Position numbers and translations under genes: made by a program. Positions 44,746-54,482 of a DNA stretch of 64,000 bases are shown here, piece after piece (the stretch's first letter is position 1; each line of letters begins with the position of its first letter). The DNA comes from Acidimicrobiia bacterium (lineage in GTDB: Bacteria; Actinomycetota; Acidimicrobiia; Acidimicrobiales; Aldehydirespiratoraceae), in NCBI GenBank assembly GCA_022820805.1, contig JAJEEV010000013.1, forward strand, positions 16,967-80,966, read 5' to 3'. The notes beneath the pieces are model-generated. The model was not told the DNA's origin and did not search any database. It was given only the letters and a program-made list of their open reading frames with translations.

Positions 44746-45138
44746 TCAGGCGTTCTTCTCGGAGGCCGATCCGGGAACGTAGGTGCCCTTGTTGCGCCAC
44801 AGCACGACCTCGTTGCCCCACGGGTCGCGGAAGCCGGCGTGGCGGGCGTCGAACTCCTCCCAGTAGACCTCGTCCCACAACTTGGTGGCACCCATCTCCA
44901 TGGCGAGGGCCAGCCGGTCGGGCGGGTCGTCGACCATCACGTAGATGCGGGGCACCGGTCCGCTGACCGGGGTGGTCTCCAGGTGGATGCCCAGGTTGGG
45001 CTTCACGCCCGGCAGCACCTCGTGGAACTCGCCGGCGGGACGGCGCTTGTACTTCCAGTCGAACAGCGTCTCGTAGAACTGCGAGGTGGCCTCGGGGTCG
45101 GGTGTGGGCAGGTCCACGAAGATCAGCGGGTTCACCAT
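44746..45138 (-). CDS. VOC family protein
   Basis: LIFVDLPTPDPEATSQFYETLFDW...FRDPWGNEVVLW. Paralog of 22948..23445. Confidence 0.75.
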   Translation of the reverse strand: MVNPLIFVDLPTPDPEATSQFYETLFDWKYKRRPAGEFHEVLPGVKPNLGIHLETTPVSGPVPRIYVMVDDPPDRLALAMEMGATKLWDEVYWEEFDARHAGFRDPWGNEVVLWRNKGTYVPGSASEKNA

Positions 45139-45203
45139 GGCGGTCGCTCCTTGGTATTGGACGAGTCGTCGAGGTCGAGTTGACCGGCGCCGACCACGCT
45201 AGA

Positions 45204-45336
45204 GCGAGCGCTAATAGGTGACACACTCCCGCGTCGCGAGGGGGTGTTTCCCGCTCTTGTTCGCTTCGCTCACTGGCCGCTCGGGCCACGGCCTCGCGCC
45301 GTATGGGCCGCGTTGCTCCGCCTATTCGCTCGGCCT
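45204..45336. repeat. MITE-like intergenic repeat, family C copy 2
   Basis: Core at 45248-45336 is nearly identical to copy 1 over its first ~57 nt (3 mismatches by eye). Imperfect terminal inverted repeats CGAGCGCTAATAGG / CCTATTCGCTCG. Confidence 0.55.
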
Positions 45337-46668
45337 CTAGACGGGAGAGTCGAGCCGGGCGACAGCGGCGTCCCCGAGCGACACGAACCGCTCGTAGCCG
45401 GCGCGGTAGGCGTCGTCGGGCACGGGCTCGATGCGGGTCATCCGGGCCAGCGGCCACGAGTCCATGGCCTCGGCACCGACCCCGTCCCACCACTGGAGCG
45501 CCGCGCCCGCACACAGCGCGCAGCCGTGGGCCGAGAGCTGCTCCGGCCTCTCGGGCACGTCGACGGCCACCTCGAGCACCGACGCCTTGATCGAGCACCA
45601 CAGAGCGCTGAGTGCCGGGGAGCCCGCGCAGCACATCACGTCCATCTCCACACCCGACTCCTGAAGCTCCTCGTGGATGTGTCGCAGCCCATAACCGGCG
45701 GCCTCCAGCACGGCCCGGGCGATCTCTGCCGGTCCCGCCGCGAAGGTGAGCCCGTGCATCTCGCCCCGCAGGCGGGGCTCCCAGCGGGGCGACCGCTCGC
45801 CGTCGTGGTAGGGCAGCACCAGCACCCCGCCGGCGCCGGGCACCACGCCCTCCGCCATCGACAGCAGCTCGCTGAGCGGGCGGCCCGAGACATCCGACCA
45901 CCACTCCAGGAGCTGCCCGTGACCGTTGGTGGCCCCGCCGACCACCTTCACCCCGGCGACGGGGCTGAAGAACGCCATCATCTGATCGGGGAGGTCGGCC
46001 ACGTTCAGGGCGACGCCCAGGCCGCCGGTGCGGCCGCCGGGATCGTGACCTCGCCGGGGCGTGCACAGGCCGCCGGCCCAGAAGCTCATGTAGGCGTCGT
46101 TGGAGGCGCTCACCAGCGGAGTGCCCGCGGCCAGGCCCAGCGATCCGTCGCACTGCCCGATGACGGTGCCCACCTCCACCCGCTCCCCGTAGCCGGGGAT
46201 GGTCTCCTCGCCGGGCCAGAGTCCCTGGATGTCGCCCGCGCCCAGGCAGCGAAGGGCCCAATCCCAGATCTGGGCTCCCTCCAGCGGCCGTCCCACCTCG
46301 TCGCTGAGGAAGTCGAGCTGGGCGAGATGGTGCTCGGTGCGGCCCAGGCCGTTCCCGGCCGGATGGCGACAGGTCGCGGCCATTCCGGCGGTGGCGCTGC
46401 CCCCGGCACCCTCCAGCGGCACGGTCGTGGGGCTCTGCCCGCCGACCCCAACCGCGGCGATCTCCAATCCGGAATCGTCGACCCTGGCCAGCAGCCGGCC
46501 CAGGCCGTCGAGCCACGCCGCGGGATCGGCCCGGCCCGGGAGCCAGTCGCCGGCCCCCTCGAAGGCCTCGTACATCCAGAGCTTCACCTCGCCGTCGCGC
46601 GCCAGCGCCACGGCCCGGGCCCCGCCGGTACCCAGATCGACGCCGACCACCACCGGGCTCATCGCCAC
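45337..46668 (-). CDS. FGGY family carbohydrate kinase
   Basis: VVGVDLGTGGARAV N-terminal phosphate-1 motif. 443 aa with the two-domain layout. Confidence 0.85.
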   Translation of the reverse strand: MAMSPVVVGVDLGTGGARAVALARDGEVKLWMYEAFEGAGDWLPGRADPAAWLDGLGRLLARVDDSGLEIAAVGVGGQSPTTVPLEGAGGSATAGMAATCRHPAGNGLGRTEHHLAQLDFLSDEVGRPLEGAQIWDWALRCLGAGDIQGLWPGEETIPGYGERVEVGTVIGQCDGSLGLAAGTPLVSASNDAYMSFWAGGLCTPRRGHDPGGRTGGLGVALNVADLPDQMMAFFSPVAGVKVVGGATNGHGQLLEWWSDVSGRPLSELLSMAEGVVPGAGGVLVLPYHDGERSPRWEPRLRGEMHGLTFAAGPAEIARAVLEAAGYGLRHIHEELQESGVEMDVMCCAGSPALSALWCSIKASVLEVAVDVPERPEQLSAHGCALCAGAALQWWDGVGAEAMDSWPLARMTRIEPVPDDAYRAGYERFVSLGDAAVARLDSPV

Positions 46669-46693
46669 TATCCCCTGCCCCGGGTCTGGAGGG

Positions 46694-47710
46694 TCAGCCG
46701 ACCATCACCCGGTAGACGGGCTGCGAAACGGCCAGGGTCAGCGCATCGGCGACGTCGGCCAGCCGGTAGCGGGCTGTGACCAGACGGTCCAGGTCCCCGG
46801 CCAGCGCGCCCGACTGAAGCAGCCCCGCGGCTGTCCGCCAGTCATCGGGCTCCTGGCTGAACACCCCGATGATCGACAGCTCGTGATGGTGGATGCGGTC
46901 CGCGCCCACCGACGCCATCACATCCTTGGGGAAGGCCCCGTAGAGGACCACCGCGCCCGCGTCGTCGCACAGGTCCATGGCGAGCTCCACGGCACCCGGG
47001 GTGCCCGCGGTGACGAACACGATGTCGTGGTCGCCCTGCCAACCAGCCACGCCCGCGGGGTCGGCCACCCTGGTCGCCCCGGCCTCGGCCGCCTCGTCCA
47101 GGCGCTGGTCGCTCACGTCGATGAGGCCCACCGAGGCCGCCCCCCATGCCCGGCACAGGGCCAGGTGGAGCCGGCCCATGTAGCCCGCGCCGATGACCGC
47201 CACGCGGTCGCCGGACCGGAACCCGCTCAACCGCACCGAGTGGACCACGCAGGCCAGCGGCTCCCCCATGGCGGCGTGCTCGACATCGATCTCGCCCACG
47301 CAGTAGGTCTGGGCCGCGGCCACCCTCACCACCTCGGCCAGACCGGCACCCATCGAGATCGTGCCGTCGCTCAGGGTCCCGCCCTGGGGCCGCTTGCACA
47401 GTGCGCTGCGACCCCGCCGACACATGTGGCACGTGCCGCAGCGGGTGAGCAGGTCCATGGTGACCAAGTCGCCGATCCGCGGGGAACCGGGCAGGGTCGC
47501 CACCGCCTCGCCCGCCTCCACGACCCGCCCGGCGGCCTCGTGGCCGGGGGCGACGGGATAGATCGGCTTGGTCCCGGCGAACAGGCGCCGCTCCATGGTG
47601 CACAGGCCGCAGGTGCCCACCTCTATCAGCACGTCCTCGGGTCCGAGCCGGGGCCTGGGCTCGTCGCGGAGTTCCACTGCTCCCGGTCCGGTGACCACTG
47701 CTACCTGCAT
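46694..47710 (-). CDS. zinc-dependent MDR alcohol/polyol dehydrogenase
   Basis: Internal ATG at 47710 follows AGGAG. GTCGLC...PGHEAAGRV...CGTCHMCRRGRSALC; GAGYMG. Confidence 0.85.
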   Translation of the reverse strand: MQVAVVTGPGAVELRDEPRPRLGPEDVLIEVGTCGLCTMERRLFAGTKPIYPVAPGHEAAGRVVEAGEAVATLPGSPRIGDLVTMDLLTRCGTCHMCRRGRSALCKRPQGGTLSDGTISMGAGLAEVVRVAAAQTYCVGEIDVEHAAMGEPLACVVHSVRLSGFRSGDRVAVIGAGYMGRLHLALCRAWGAASVGLIDVSDQRLDEAAEAGATRVADPAGVAGWQGDHDIVFVTAGTPGAVELAMDLCDDAGAVVLYGAFPKDVMASVGADRIHHHELSIIGVFSQEPDDWRTAAGLLQSGALAGDLDRLVTARYRLADVADALTLAVSQPVYRVMVG

Positions 47711-47738
47711 GACGCTCCTGACTCGGCCACCCTTGACT

Positions 47739-49160
47739 CTAGGCACTGGGGATGTGGGGCCAGCAATGGGGGATCTCGAGCCCGGCCCGCTCCAGCAGCG
47801 ACTGCTGGGCCGCGGCGGCCTCAGCGCGAAGGGCGGCAAGGTCGACGGTTGCGCAGAAGCCGTCCCGGACAACGACGCGACCGGCCACCACCACGTCGCG
47901 CACCGACCGGCCGTCGGTGCCCCACACCAGATGCAGGACGGTCTCGCCCCGCGGCGTCCAGCCCACCGACGAAGTGTCGTGCACCACCAGGTCGGCCTGC
48001 TTGCCCGCCTCCAGGCTCCCGATCCGGTCGTCCATGCCGATGGCGGCCGCCCCGGCGATCGTGGCCAGCTCGAAGGCGGTGTGGGCCCCGAAGCGCTCGG
48101 GATCGACGCGGGTGTCGCGGGCCAGCCCCGCGGTGAGCGCGGCCGTCCTCAGGATGTCGGAAGTGTCGCCGGCGTTGGATGCGTCGCAGCCGAGGGCTAC
48201 CCGCCCGCCCCGCTCGACGATCTCGGCGTGGCGGCCCTGTCCCGACACCCCCTGACCAAGACGCAGGTAGGCCCACGGGCAGTAGGCGATCGCCGTCGAC
48301 GTGCTCAGCACCAGCTCCACCTCGGAGTCGTCCAGCCACACGCCGTGGCCCACCAGAAGGTGCGGCCCGAGAACGCCCAGAGCATCGAGGTGGACGAGGG
48401 GACGGCGGCCGGCGCGGTCCAGGTATCGCTCCGGGTCCGAGGACGTGGGCGACATGTGCATGGTGAGCCCGGTGCCGAGGTCCCGAGCCAGGTCCGCAGC
48501 TCCGGCCAGCAGCTCGTCGGAGGCGAGATCGTGGCCGACCAGGGTCACCCATCCCTCGACCAGCCCGCCCGAGCCGAGCGTGTCGACCACCTCGCGCTGG
48601 CGATCGAGGGTCTCCTGCGCCGGCGCGGTGAACGGGCCCTCGTCGATGTCCCAACCCCAGGTTCCCATCGTCCCGCGGATCCCGGCCCGGCGCATCCCGG
48701 CCGCGGCCCGGTACGGGTTGGCCACCGTGCCCGCCTCCACCACGGTGGTCACCCCGTTGGCCAGGTTCTCGACCGAGGACAGCACCGCCGAGAGCTCGTC
48801 GTCGTCGCCGGTGTGAGCGCCGTGGGCCGGAACCGACCACTCGAAGATCGAGGCCCCTGGGGGCAGCAGGTCCGGGATGCAGCTACGGATGAGCGGGTCG
48901 CCGGTGAGGTGCTGATGGGCGTTGACCATCCCGGGGGTGACCACGCAGCCGGTGGCGTCGATCATCTCGGCCTCCCGGTAGCGCCCGGCCAGCTCCGTGG
49001 TCGAGCCGACCGCGGCGATCACGTCTCCGGCAACGGCCACCGCACCGCCGACGAGGACCTCCCGGTGCGGGTTCATGGTCACGACGTCGCCGCCGGCCAC
49101 CAGGAGCGTCGCCGCGGCCGGCGAACCGGCGTTGTCGGCTGTCTCCGTGGTCACCGCCAC
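47739..49160 (-). CDS. amidohydrolase superfamily (ATZ/TRZ, deaminase-like), copy 2
   Basis: VTPGMVNAHQHL. Collinear with 34730..36124. Confidence 0.85.
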   Translation of the reverse strand: MAVTTETADNAGSPAAATLLVAGGDVVTMNPHREVLVGGAVAVAGDVIAAVGSTTELAGRYREAEMIDATGCVVTPGMVNAHQHLTGDPLIRSCIPDLLPPGASIFEWSVPAHGAHTGDDDELSAVLSSVENLANGVTTVVEAGTVANPYRAAAGMRRAGIRGTMGTWGWDIDEGPFTAPAQETLDRQREVVDTLGSGGLVEGWVTLVGHDLASDELLAGAADLARDLGTGLTMHMSPTSSDPERYLDRAGRRPLVHLDALGVLGPHLLVGHGVWLDDSEVELVLSTSTAIAYCPWAYLRLGQGVSGQGRHAEIVERGGRVALGCDASNAGDTSDILRTAALTAGLARDTRVDPERFGAHTAFELATIAGAAAIGMDDRIGSLEAGKQADLVVHDTSSVGWTPRGETVLHLVWGTDGRSVRDVVVAGRVVVRDGFCATVDLAALRAEAAAAQQSLLERAGLEIPHCWPHIPSA

Positions 49161-49274
49161 CGAGCATAGGCGGCAGCGCCCGTGCGAGAATCAGCGGGTG
49201 CAGGCCCGCCGAACGCCCGGAGCCACCGGCGGTCCGACCGCCGCGATGGTGACACCGACGAACAGGATGCAGCC

Positions 49275-50372
49275 TTGATCCTCAATCCCGGCCAGGGCCG
49301 CATCGAGAGCGATCACTACCTTCCGGTAACACCAGAGACCAGCCGCTGGGGCTGGTGGCCGAACCGGGAATCCACGCCGGTGATGTCGGTGGACAGCGGG
49401 ACGGCCGTCACCGTGGACACGCTGTCGCATGAGGGGATCCTCGAGGACCAGGGCCGCGACCCGGCGGCCTTCTTCGGCGTCCGCGGCATCGAGCGGTCCG
49501 GGGTCCTCCACGACGCCGTCGAGATGGCCCGGGATGTGCCCCACACGTTCGGAGTCGACGGCCCCCACGTGGTGACCGGCCCGATCGAGGTCCGGGGCGC
49601 CAGGGCCGGCGACCTGCTCCAGGTGGACGTGCTGGGCTTCGATCTGAGGGTCCCCTACGGCGTCACCTCGAACCGGCACGGGCTCGGGGCGCTGCCCGGC
49701 GAGATGCCCGACGGGTCCGAGCCTCCCGGCACGCTCACCGCCGGCACGCCGCACGGCACGGTGTCGGTGTTCACCGAGGTGGAGGGCCGCGCCGCCGCAG
49801 GCACGGCCGTGCTGCGCTACGGCGCCGGCAGCGCGCTGCGCTACCCGATCGCGCCGTTCCTCGGGATGATGGGTGTGTCCCCCGGCACCGACGATCCCGT
49901 GCCGACCAGGCCGCCGGGCCGCCACGGCGGCAACCTCGACATCAAACACCTGGTACAGGGATCCACGCTCTACCTTCCGGTCCAGGTGGCGGGCGCGGGC
50001 TTCGCGGTGGGCGACCCTCACTTCGCCCAGGGCAACGGCGAGGTGGCCCTCACCGCGCTGGAGGGCTCGCTGCGGGCGGACCTGCGGCTGTCGGTGCTGC
50101 AAGGTCCCGACGCCCGCCGGGCGTGCGGGCTGATCGAGAATCCCCTGGGCGAGACCGACGACCACTGGGTGCTGGTCGGTCTGCACGCCGACCTGGACGA
50201 GGCCATGCGGGAGGCGGTGCGGGAGGCCCTGCGCTTCTGCGAGAGCCGGCTCGGGCTGCCTCGCCACATCGCCTACACCTACCTGAGCTGCGCCGCCGAC
50301 TTCGAGGTGTCCCAGGTGGTGAACGACGTCAAGGGCGTCCACTGCCTCGTAGCCAAGCGGGACTTCAGGTAG
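49275..50372 (+). CDS. acetamidase/formamidase (FmdA/AmdA) family protein
   Basis: HYLPVTPETSRWGWW...VDSGTAVTVDT...VTGPIEVRGARAGDLLQVDV. Start is uncertain: TTG 49275 or GTG 49182. Confidence 0.75.
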   Translation: MILNPGQGRIESDHYLPVTPETSRWGWWPNRESTPVMSVDSGTAVTVDTLSHEGILEDQGRDPAAFFGVRGIERSGVLHDAVEMARDVPHTFGVDGPHVVTGPIEVRGARAGDLLQVDVLGFDLRVPYGVTSNRHGLGALPGEMPDGSEPPGTLTAGTPHGTVSVFTEVEGRAAAGTAVLRYGAGSALRYPIAPFLGMMGVSPGTDDPVPTRPPGRHGGNLDIKHLVQGSTLYLPVQVAGAGFAVGDPHFAQGNGEVALTALEGSLRADLRLSVLQGPDARRACGLIENPLGETDDHWVLVGLHADLDEAMREAVREALRFCESRLGLPRHIAYTYLSCAADFEVSQVVNDVKGVHCLVAKRDFR

Positions 50373-51585
50373 CGGCGTCCACCTCAGGGGCGTCGGGGGC
50401 GTCGGGACCCGAGGCGGGCACAGTGCCCCGGATGCGCAGCCAGCCGGCCAGCACCAGGGCCAGCACCGTCAGGCCGACGGCGGGCCAGGTCACGCCGACT
50501 CCGAACCTGTCGTAGAGCAGAGCGGCGGGGAGCGCGGCGATGGCGGCTCCGGCCACCTCGGCCGCGCCCATCAGGCCCAGCGCGGCCGCCTGGCGCCGCT
50601 CGGGGACGGCCCGGGCCACCACCGCGTGGGCCGCGGTGAAGCCGTAGCCGTCGGCGAAGCCCACCAACACCATCGCAACCACGATCGGGATCACGCCCGG
50701 GATCACGCCGTAGAACATCGTCAAGACGCTCACCACCACGAGCCCGGCCATCGTCACCCGCACCGGTCCTACCCGGTCGGCCAGCCGGCCGGCCCGCGTC
50801 CCCACCAGAATGATCGGGACGGCGACCATCGTGAAGGCGATCCCGGTGGCCACCGCGCCGGCGCCCCGGTCGGCGAACATCACCGGCAGCACCGCCTCCC
50901 AGGCACCGATCATCATGAAGTAGCCGCCGACCATGATCAGCGCGCCCTGAAGGCGCCGCATCGACAGCAGGTCGAACGACGTGGCCCGCCGGGAGGCGTC
51001 GAGCAGGCCCCGGTCGGGGGGCAGGCGCATCGCCACCGGAACGAACAGCAGCATGGCCCCGGCGAAGACTGCGAACGGCGTCCGGATCCCCCCGGCCCAC
51101 ACCAGCAGGGCGGTCAGCACCGGCCCGAAGATGAATCCCGTGGTCTCGGCCACGACCATCCGTCCGAGGTTCTCGCCGGCCCGGGCCGGATCATGGACCG
51201 AGGCGGCCCGGCGCACCCCCGGGAGAATGAGCCCTCCCGCGAATCCGAGAACGGCCCGGCTCAGCACCCAGACGGCCAGACCCTCGGCGAAGACCATCAT
51301 CAGCATGGCCGCCGCGCTGAGACCGATCCCCGCGGTGGCCATCATGCGGGCATGGCCCATGTCGGCCAGCCGGGCCAGCGTGACCTGCGACACGAACGCG
51401 GCCACGAAGCCGCTGGCCACCATGACTCCGATGCCGGTGCCGCTGAAACCGAACTCGTCGCGCAGCTCGCCGAGCACCGTGACGATCCCGCCAATGCCGC
51501 CGGCGGTCACCCCCATCAGCACCTGGAACGGCAGCAGGTCGCCACCGAAGCGCCGGCGCGGCGCGGCGCCGGGCCGACGGATCAT
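50365..51585 (-). CDS. MFS transporter
   Basis: 406 aa, about 12 predicted TM segments, LARLADMGHAR loop motif. Confidence 0.85.
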   Translation of the reverse strand: MIRRPGAAPRRRFGGDLLPFQVLMGVTAGGIGGIVTVLGELRDEFGFSGTGIGVMVASGFVAAFVSQVTLARLADMGHARMMATAGIGLSAAAMLMMVFAEGLAVWVLSRAVLGFAGGLILPGVRRAASVHDPARAGENLGRMVVAETTGFIFGPVLTALLVWAGGIRTPFAVFAGAMLLFVPVAMRLPPDRGLLDASRRATSFDLLSMRRLQGALIMVGGYFMMIGAWEAVLPVMFADRGAGAVATGIAFTMVAVPIILVGTRAGRLADRVGPVRVTMAGLVVVSVLTMFYGVIPGVIPIVVAMVLVGFADGYGFTAAHAVVARAVPERRQAAALGLMGAAEVAGAAIAALPAALLYDRFGVGVTWPAVGLTVLALVLAGWLRIRGTVPASGPDAPDAPEVDAAT

Positions 51586-51589
51586 GATG

Positions 51590-51895
51590 TCAGACCTCTT
51601 TGAGCAGCAGGTCGCTGGTCTGGCCCGAGACGAACAGCTCGCTGCCCGCCTTGAGGATCTCGCGGTAGCCGTCCTCGGTGGGCAGCCGCTCCAGGAACTC
51701 GTCGAGGGTCCCCAGGTCGGGGGCGTCGATCATCCAGTACACCTTGCCGTAGGAGCCGTAGGACTCCATCCACGACGTGACCTGCACCCGGTCGGGGTCG
51801 GCCGCGGCCATGTAGCCGGTGTAGCGCTGGATCCACTCCCGGACCCGGGCCACATCGCTGGAATCGACCTGGGCCTTGCGAACCATCCTCACCAT
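51590..51895 (-). CDS. small conserved-looking hypothetical protein (101 aa)
   Basis: Coding-like GC3 bias. Sits 4 nt before the MFS gene and 7 nt after the DUF1989 gene. I recognise no motif. Confidence 0.5.
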   Translation of the reverse strand: MVRMVRKAQVDSSDVARVREWIQRYTGYMAAADPDRVQVTSWMESYGSYGKVYWMIDAPDLGTLDEFLERLPTEDGYREILKAGSELFVSGQTSDLLLKEV

Positions 51896-51902
51896 CTCGA
51901 AG

Positions 51903-52541
51903 TCACTTGCCTTCCCATACTTCCAAGCCGATCCGCTTGGGCTCGCCCCCGTTGGACGCCGAAGTCTCGCTGGGACAGGCCGAAACCGCGGCCAGCACGT
52001 CGATCTCGGCTCTCAGGTCGATGTAGTCGCCGGCCTGGGCCGGCGACTCCCGGAACACCAGGGTGTGCTCGTCCACCACATCGGTGCACATGAAGACATT
52101 GAACACGTCCGGGACCAGGTCGGGGTCCACCCCCCAAGGCTGGACCGCCTCCTCGAGGTTGCCCTGGCACGTCCGGTGCCCCGAGTCGATGCCGTCCCGG
52201 ATGGCGTACACGCCGGCCGAGCAGCGTCCCCCGTTCCAGGCGAAGTGGACCCCCACCGGGTCGTCGATCACGGTCAGCATGGGCCGCTCGTAGGGAGGGC
52301 GCGACCACAGGGTGGTGATGCGCCGCATCGTCCCGGTCCCGGCCAGCATGTTCAGCGCCACCGTCTGGCCGGCGTGATAGCCCTCGCGGGGATTGTCCAG
52401 CGCCAGGAACGTGGAGTCGGCCACCTGCGGACCGTCCAGCGCCACGATGCGCAGCACCTGGCCGGCCCGCACCTCCACGGCGCGGCCCTCGCATCGGGGC
52501 ACCACCACTCGCTCGACTGGGCCCGCTTCGTCGCGACTCAA
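51903..52541 (-). CDS. DUF1989 (urea-carboxylase-associated-like) family protein
   Basis: VEVRAGQVLRIVALDGPQVADSTF...HRTCQGNLEEAV...NVFMCTDV matches my recollection of the DUF1989 pattern. Confidence 0.7.
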   Translation of the reverse strand: MSRDEAGPVERVVVPRCEGRAVEVRAGQVLRIVALDGPQVADSTFLALDNPREGYHAGQTVALNMLAGTGTMRRITTLWSRPPYERPMLTVIDDPVGVHFAWNGGRCSAGVYAIRDGIDSGHRTCQGNLEEAVQPWGVDPDLVPDVFNVFMCTDVVDEHTLVFRESPAQAGDYIDLRAEIDVLAAVSACPSETSASNGGEPKRIGLEVWEGK

Positions 52542-52554
52542 CGATCCGCCCCGG

Positions 52555-53877
52555 TCAAGCGGCCACCTCGCGGCTCACCTCGCCGTTGCGGGCCGTGGTC
52601 AGCCTCGCCTCCGACGACATCAACTCCAGCCAGGCCCTCAGGTAGCCCCGCATCGGCCCCTCATGAGTGACCGGAGCCTTGGCCACGCCGCCGGCGGTGA
52701 CCTCGGCGACCTCGTGGTCCAGCCCCTTGCTCATGTCCACCCACTCCACCTCGGCGATGGACAGGCCCTCCTGGCAGCGCTCGAACAGCTCCAGGTCGTC
52801 GGGGTTGCCGAGGCTGGGGAAGTCCTCGGCGATGCGCATGCGCAGCACGTTCACCTCGTCGGGAGCGCCAGCGGCGGCCGCCACCCACGTGTGCAGGCGG
52901 GTCTCGCCCACGCTGACAGGATCCACCGTCTCCAGGTGGTTCCCCTTGATCAGCAGGTTGGGGAAGATCGACAGGTTGACCATCGAGCCCGGCGCAACCT
53001 CGAGGATGTCGGCGGCCTCGTCGCCGAAGCTCTGCTCTATCTGCTCGGCGTACCACTCCCGACCCGGCACCGGCCGCTGCGTCTGCCAGAAGGACTGATT
53101 CAGGCCGGGCCGCTGATCCACGAACATGTGCCCGTTGCCCAGATCGGAGCCGTACATGCCGGTGTCGTCGGGGCTGCTCTTGAACTGCGACAGCGAGCGG
53201 GCCCCGCCGTGCTGGCGCTCGTTGAGCAGCACGAAGCTGCGGTGAGCGAACGTGGGATGCAGACCGTCGGCCGCGTTGTCCCAGGCCAGCTTCCAGTTGC
53301 CGCGGTAGATCATGCGCTGGCAGTTGCGCACCTCGATCCGGCCCGACGGCGAGCGGTCGACGAACTCGTCGATCAGCGGACCGGCCGGACCCAGCCACTC
53401 GGCGAGGCTCGGCGCGTCGAGGTTGAGCGTGCCGAAGATCAGGCCCCGGTACAGGCCCAGCCTCGGCACCTGGGCCAGGCCATGGTCCTCGAGGTGGAAG
53501 TCGGCCGGGTAACCGTCGGCGAAGGGCAGGTTCACCAGGTCGCCGCGATTGGAGTAGGTCCAGCCGTGGTAGGAGCACTGGAAGCGCCGGGCCGAGCCGC
53601 ACTCGGACTGGCACACGGTCGAGGCCCGGTGGGCGCAGCGGTTGAACAGGGCGTGCAGGTCGCCGTCATCGTCGCGGGTGATGATGAGCGGGCGCAGCCC
53701 CAGGCGGGTCGTGATGAAGTCGTTGGGGTCGGGCACCTGGCTCTCATGGGCCAGGTACACCCAGGTGCCGCCGAACACCTTCGACATCTCCGCGGCGAAG
53801 ACATCGCTGTCGACGTAGATGGAACGGTGCACCCGGTGGGGCTGGACCAGGTTGTCGAGATCGTTGGTGGCGGTCAT
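52555..53877 (-). CDS. Rieske non-heme iron oxygenase, alpha subunit
   Basis: Rieske CAHR...CSYHGW; mononuclear iron DNAADGLHPTFAH. Confidence 0.9.
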   Translation of the reverse strand: MTATNDLDNLVQPHRVHRSIYVDSDVFAAEMSKVFGGTWVYLAHESQVPDPNDFITTRLGLRPLIITRDDDGDLHALFNRCAHRASTVCQSECGSARRFQCSYHGWTYSNRGDLVNLPFADGYPADFHLEDHGLAQVPRLGLYRGLIFGTLNLDAPSLAEWLGPAGPLIDEFVDRSPSGRIEVRNCQRMIYRGNWKLAWDNAADGLHPTFAHRSFVLLNERQHGGARSLSQFKSSPDDTGMYGSDLGNGHMFVDQRPGLNQSFWQTQRPVPGREWYAEQIEQSFGDEAADILEVAPGSMVNLSIFPNLLIKGNHLETVDPVSVGETRLHTWVAAAAGAPDEVNVLRMRIAEDFPSLGNPDDLELFERCQEGLSIAEVEWVDMSKGLDHEVAEVTAGGVAKAPVTHEGPMRGYLRAWLELMSSEARLTTARNGEVSREVAA

Positions 53878-53908
53878 GTCGGCATCTCGATCAGCTCGGC
53901 CTGTGCAT

Positions 53909-54472
53909 CTATAGCACGAACGAGAACTTGCGGACGTCGCCGCGGCTGTCCACCAGCCGCACGATCTTGAACCTGACCGACCAGTGCTCGCCCAGGTCTG
54001 CGAGCACGAAGTCGTTGCGGCTCGCGAACGGGATCAGCCGGTCCTTGCGGTACTCCCACACCACCGTCGTGCACCGGGCCAGCGTGTCGCCGCCGTCGAG
54101 GGGCCAGGCCTCGACATTGGAGACGGTGCGGCAGGTGCGCGACGGCGGCTCCTGGGCGTGGGCCCACCCGGTCTCCAGCAGCCCGATGCGGTCGTCCATG
54201 CGGCGGCGATCGTCGAGCAGGTACGAGACCTGGCCCCGGGGATCGCCGGTTGGATCGAGGGGAACCCAGTACACGCAGTCGTCGGTGAAGCGTTGAAGCC
54301 AGTCGCGGTAGCGACGGTCATCCAGCAGCCGGGCCTCGTGGTGGAGGGCCTGTTCGGCCGCGGGCCGCAGGGCGGGATCGCCGGGTCCTCTCTCGGCCTC
54401 GCCGGATGCCAGCAGATCCACGAGCCGCTGGTACAGGCGATCGTCCACCGGTGACGCCGCCTGCGGGTCCAT
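53909..54472 (-). CDS. ring-hydroxylating oxygenase beta subunit (NTF2 fold)
   Basis: Internal ATG at 54472, 10 nt after the upstream stop. HHEARLLDDRRYRDWLQRFTDDCVYWVP. Confidence 0.85.
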   Translation of the reverse strand: MDPQAASPVDDRLYQRLVDLLASGEAERGPGDPALRPAAEQALHHEARLLDDRRYRDWLQRFTDDCVYWVPLDPTGDPRGQVSYLLDDRRRMDDRIGLLETGWAHAQEPPSRTCRTVSNVEAWPLDGGDTLARCTTVVWEYRKDRLIPFASRNDFVLADLGEHWSVRFKIVRLVDSRGDVRKFSFVL

Positions 54473-54482
54473 CAGCAGCCCC

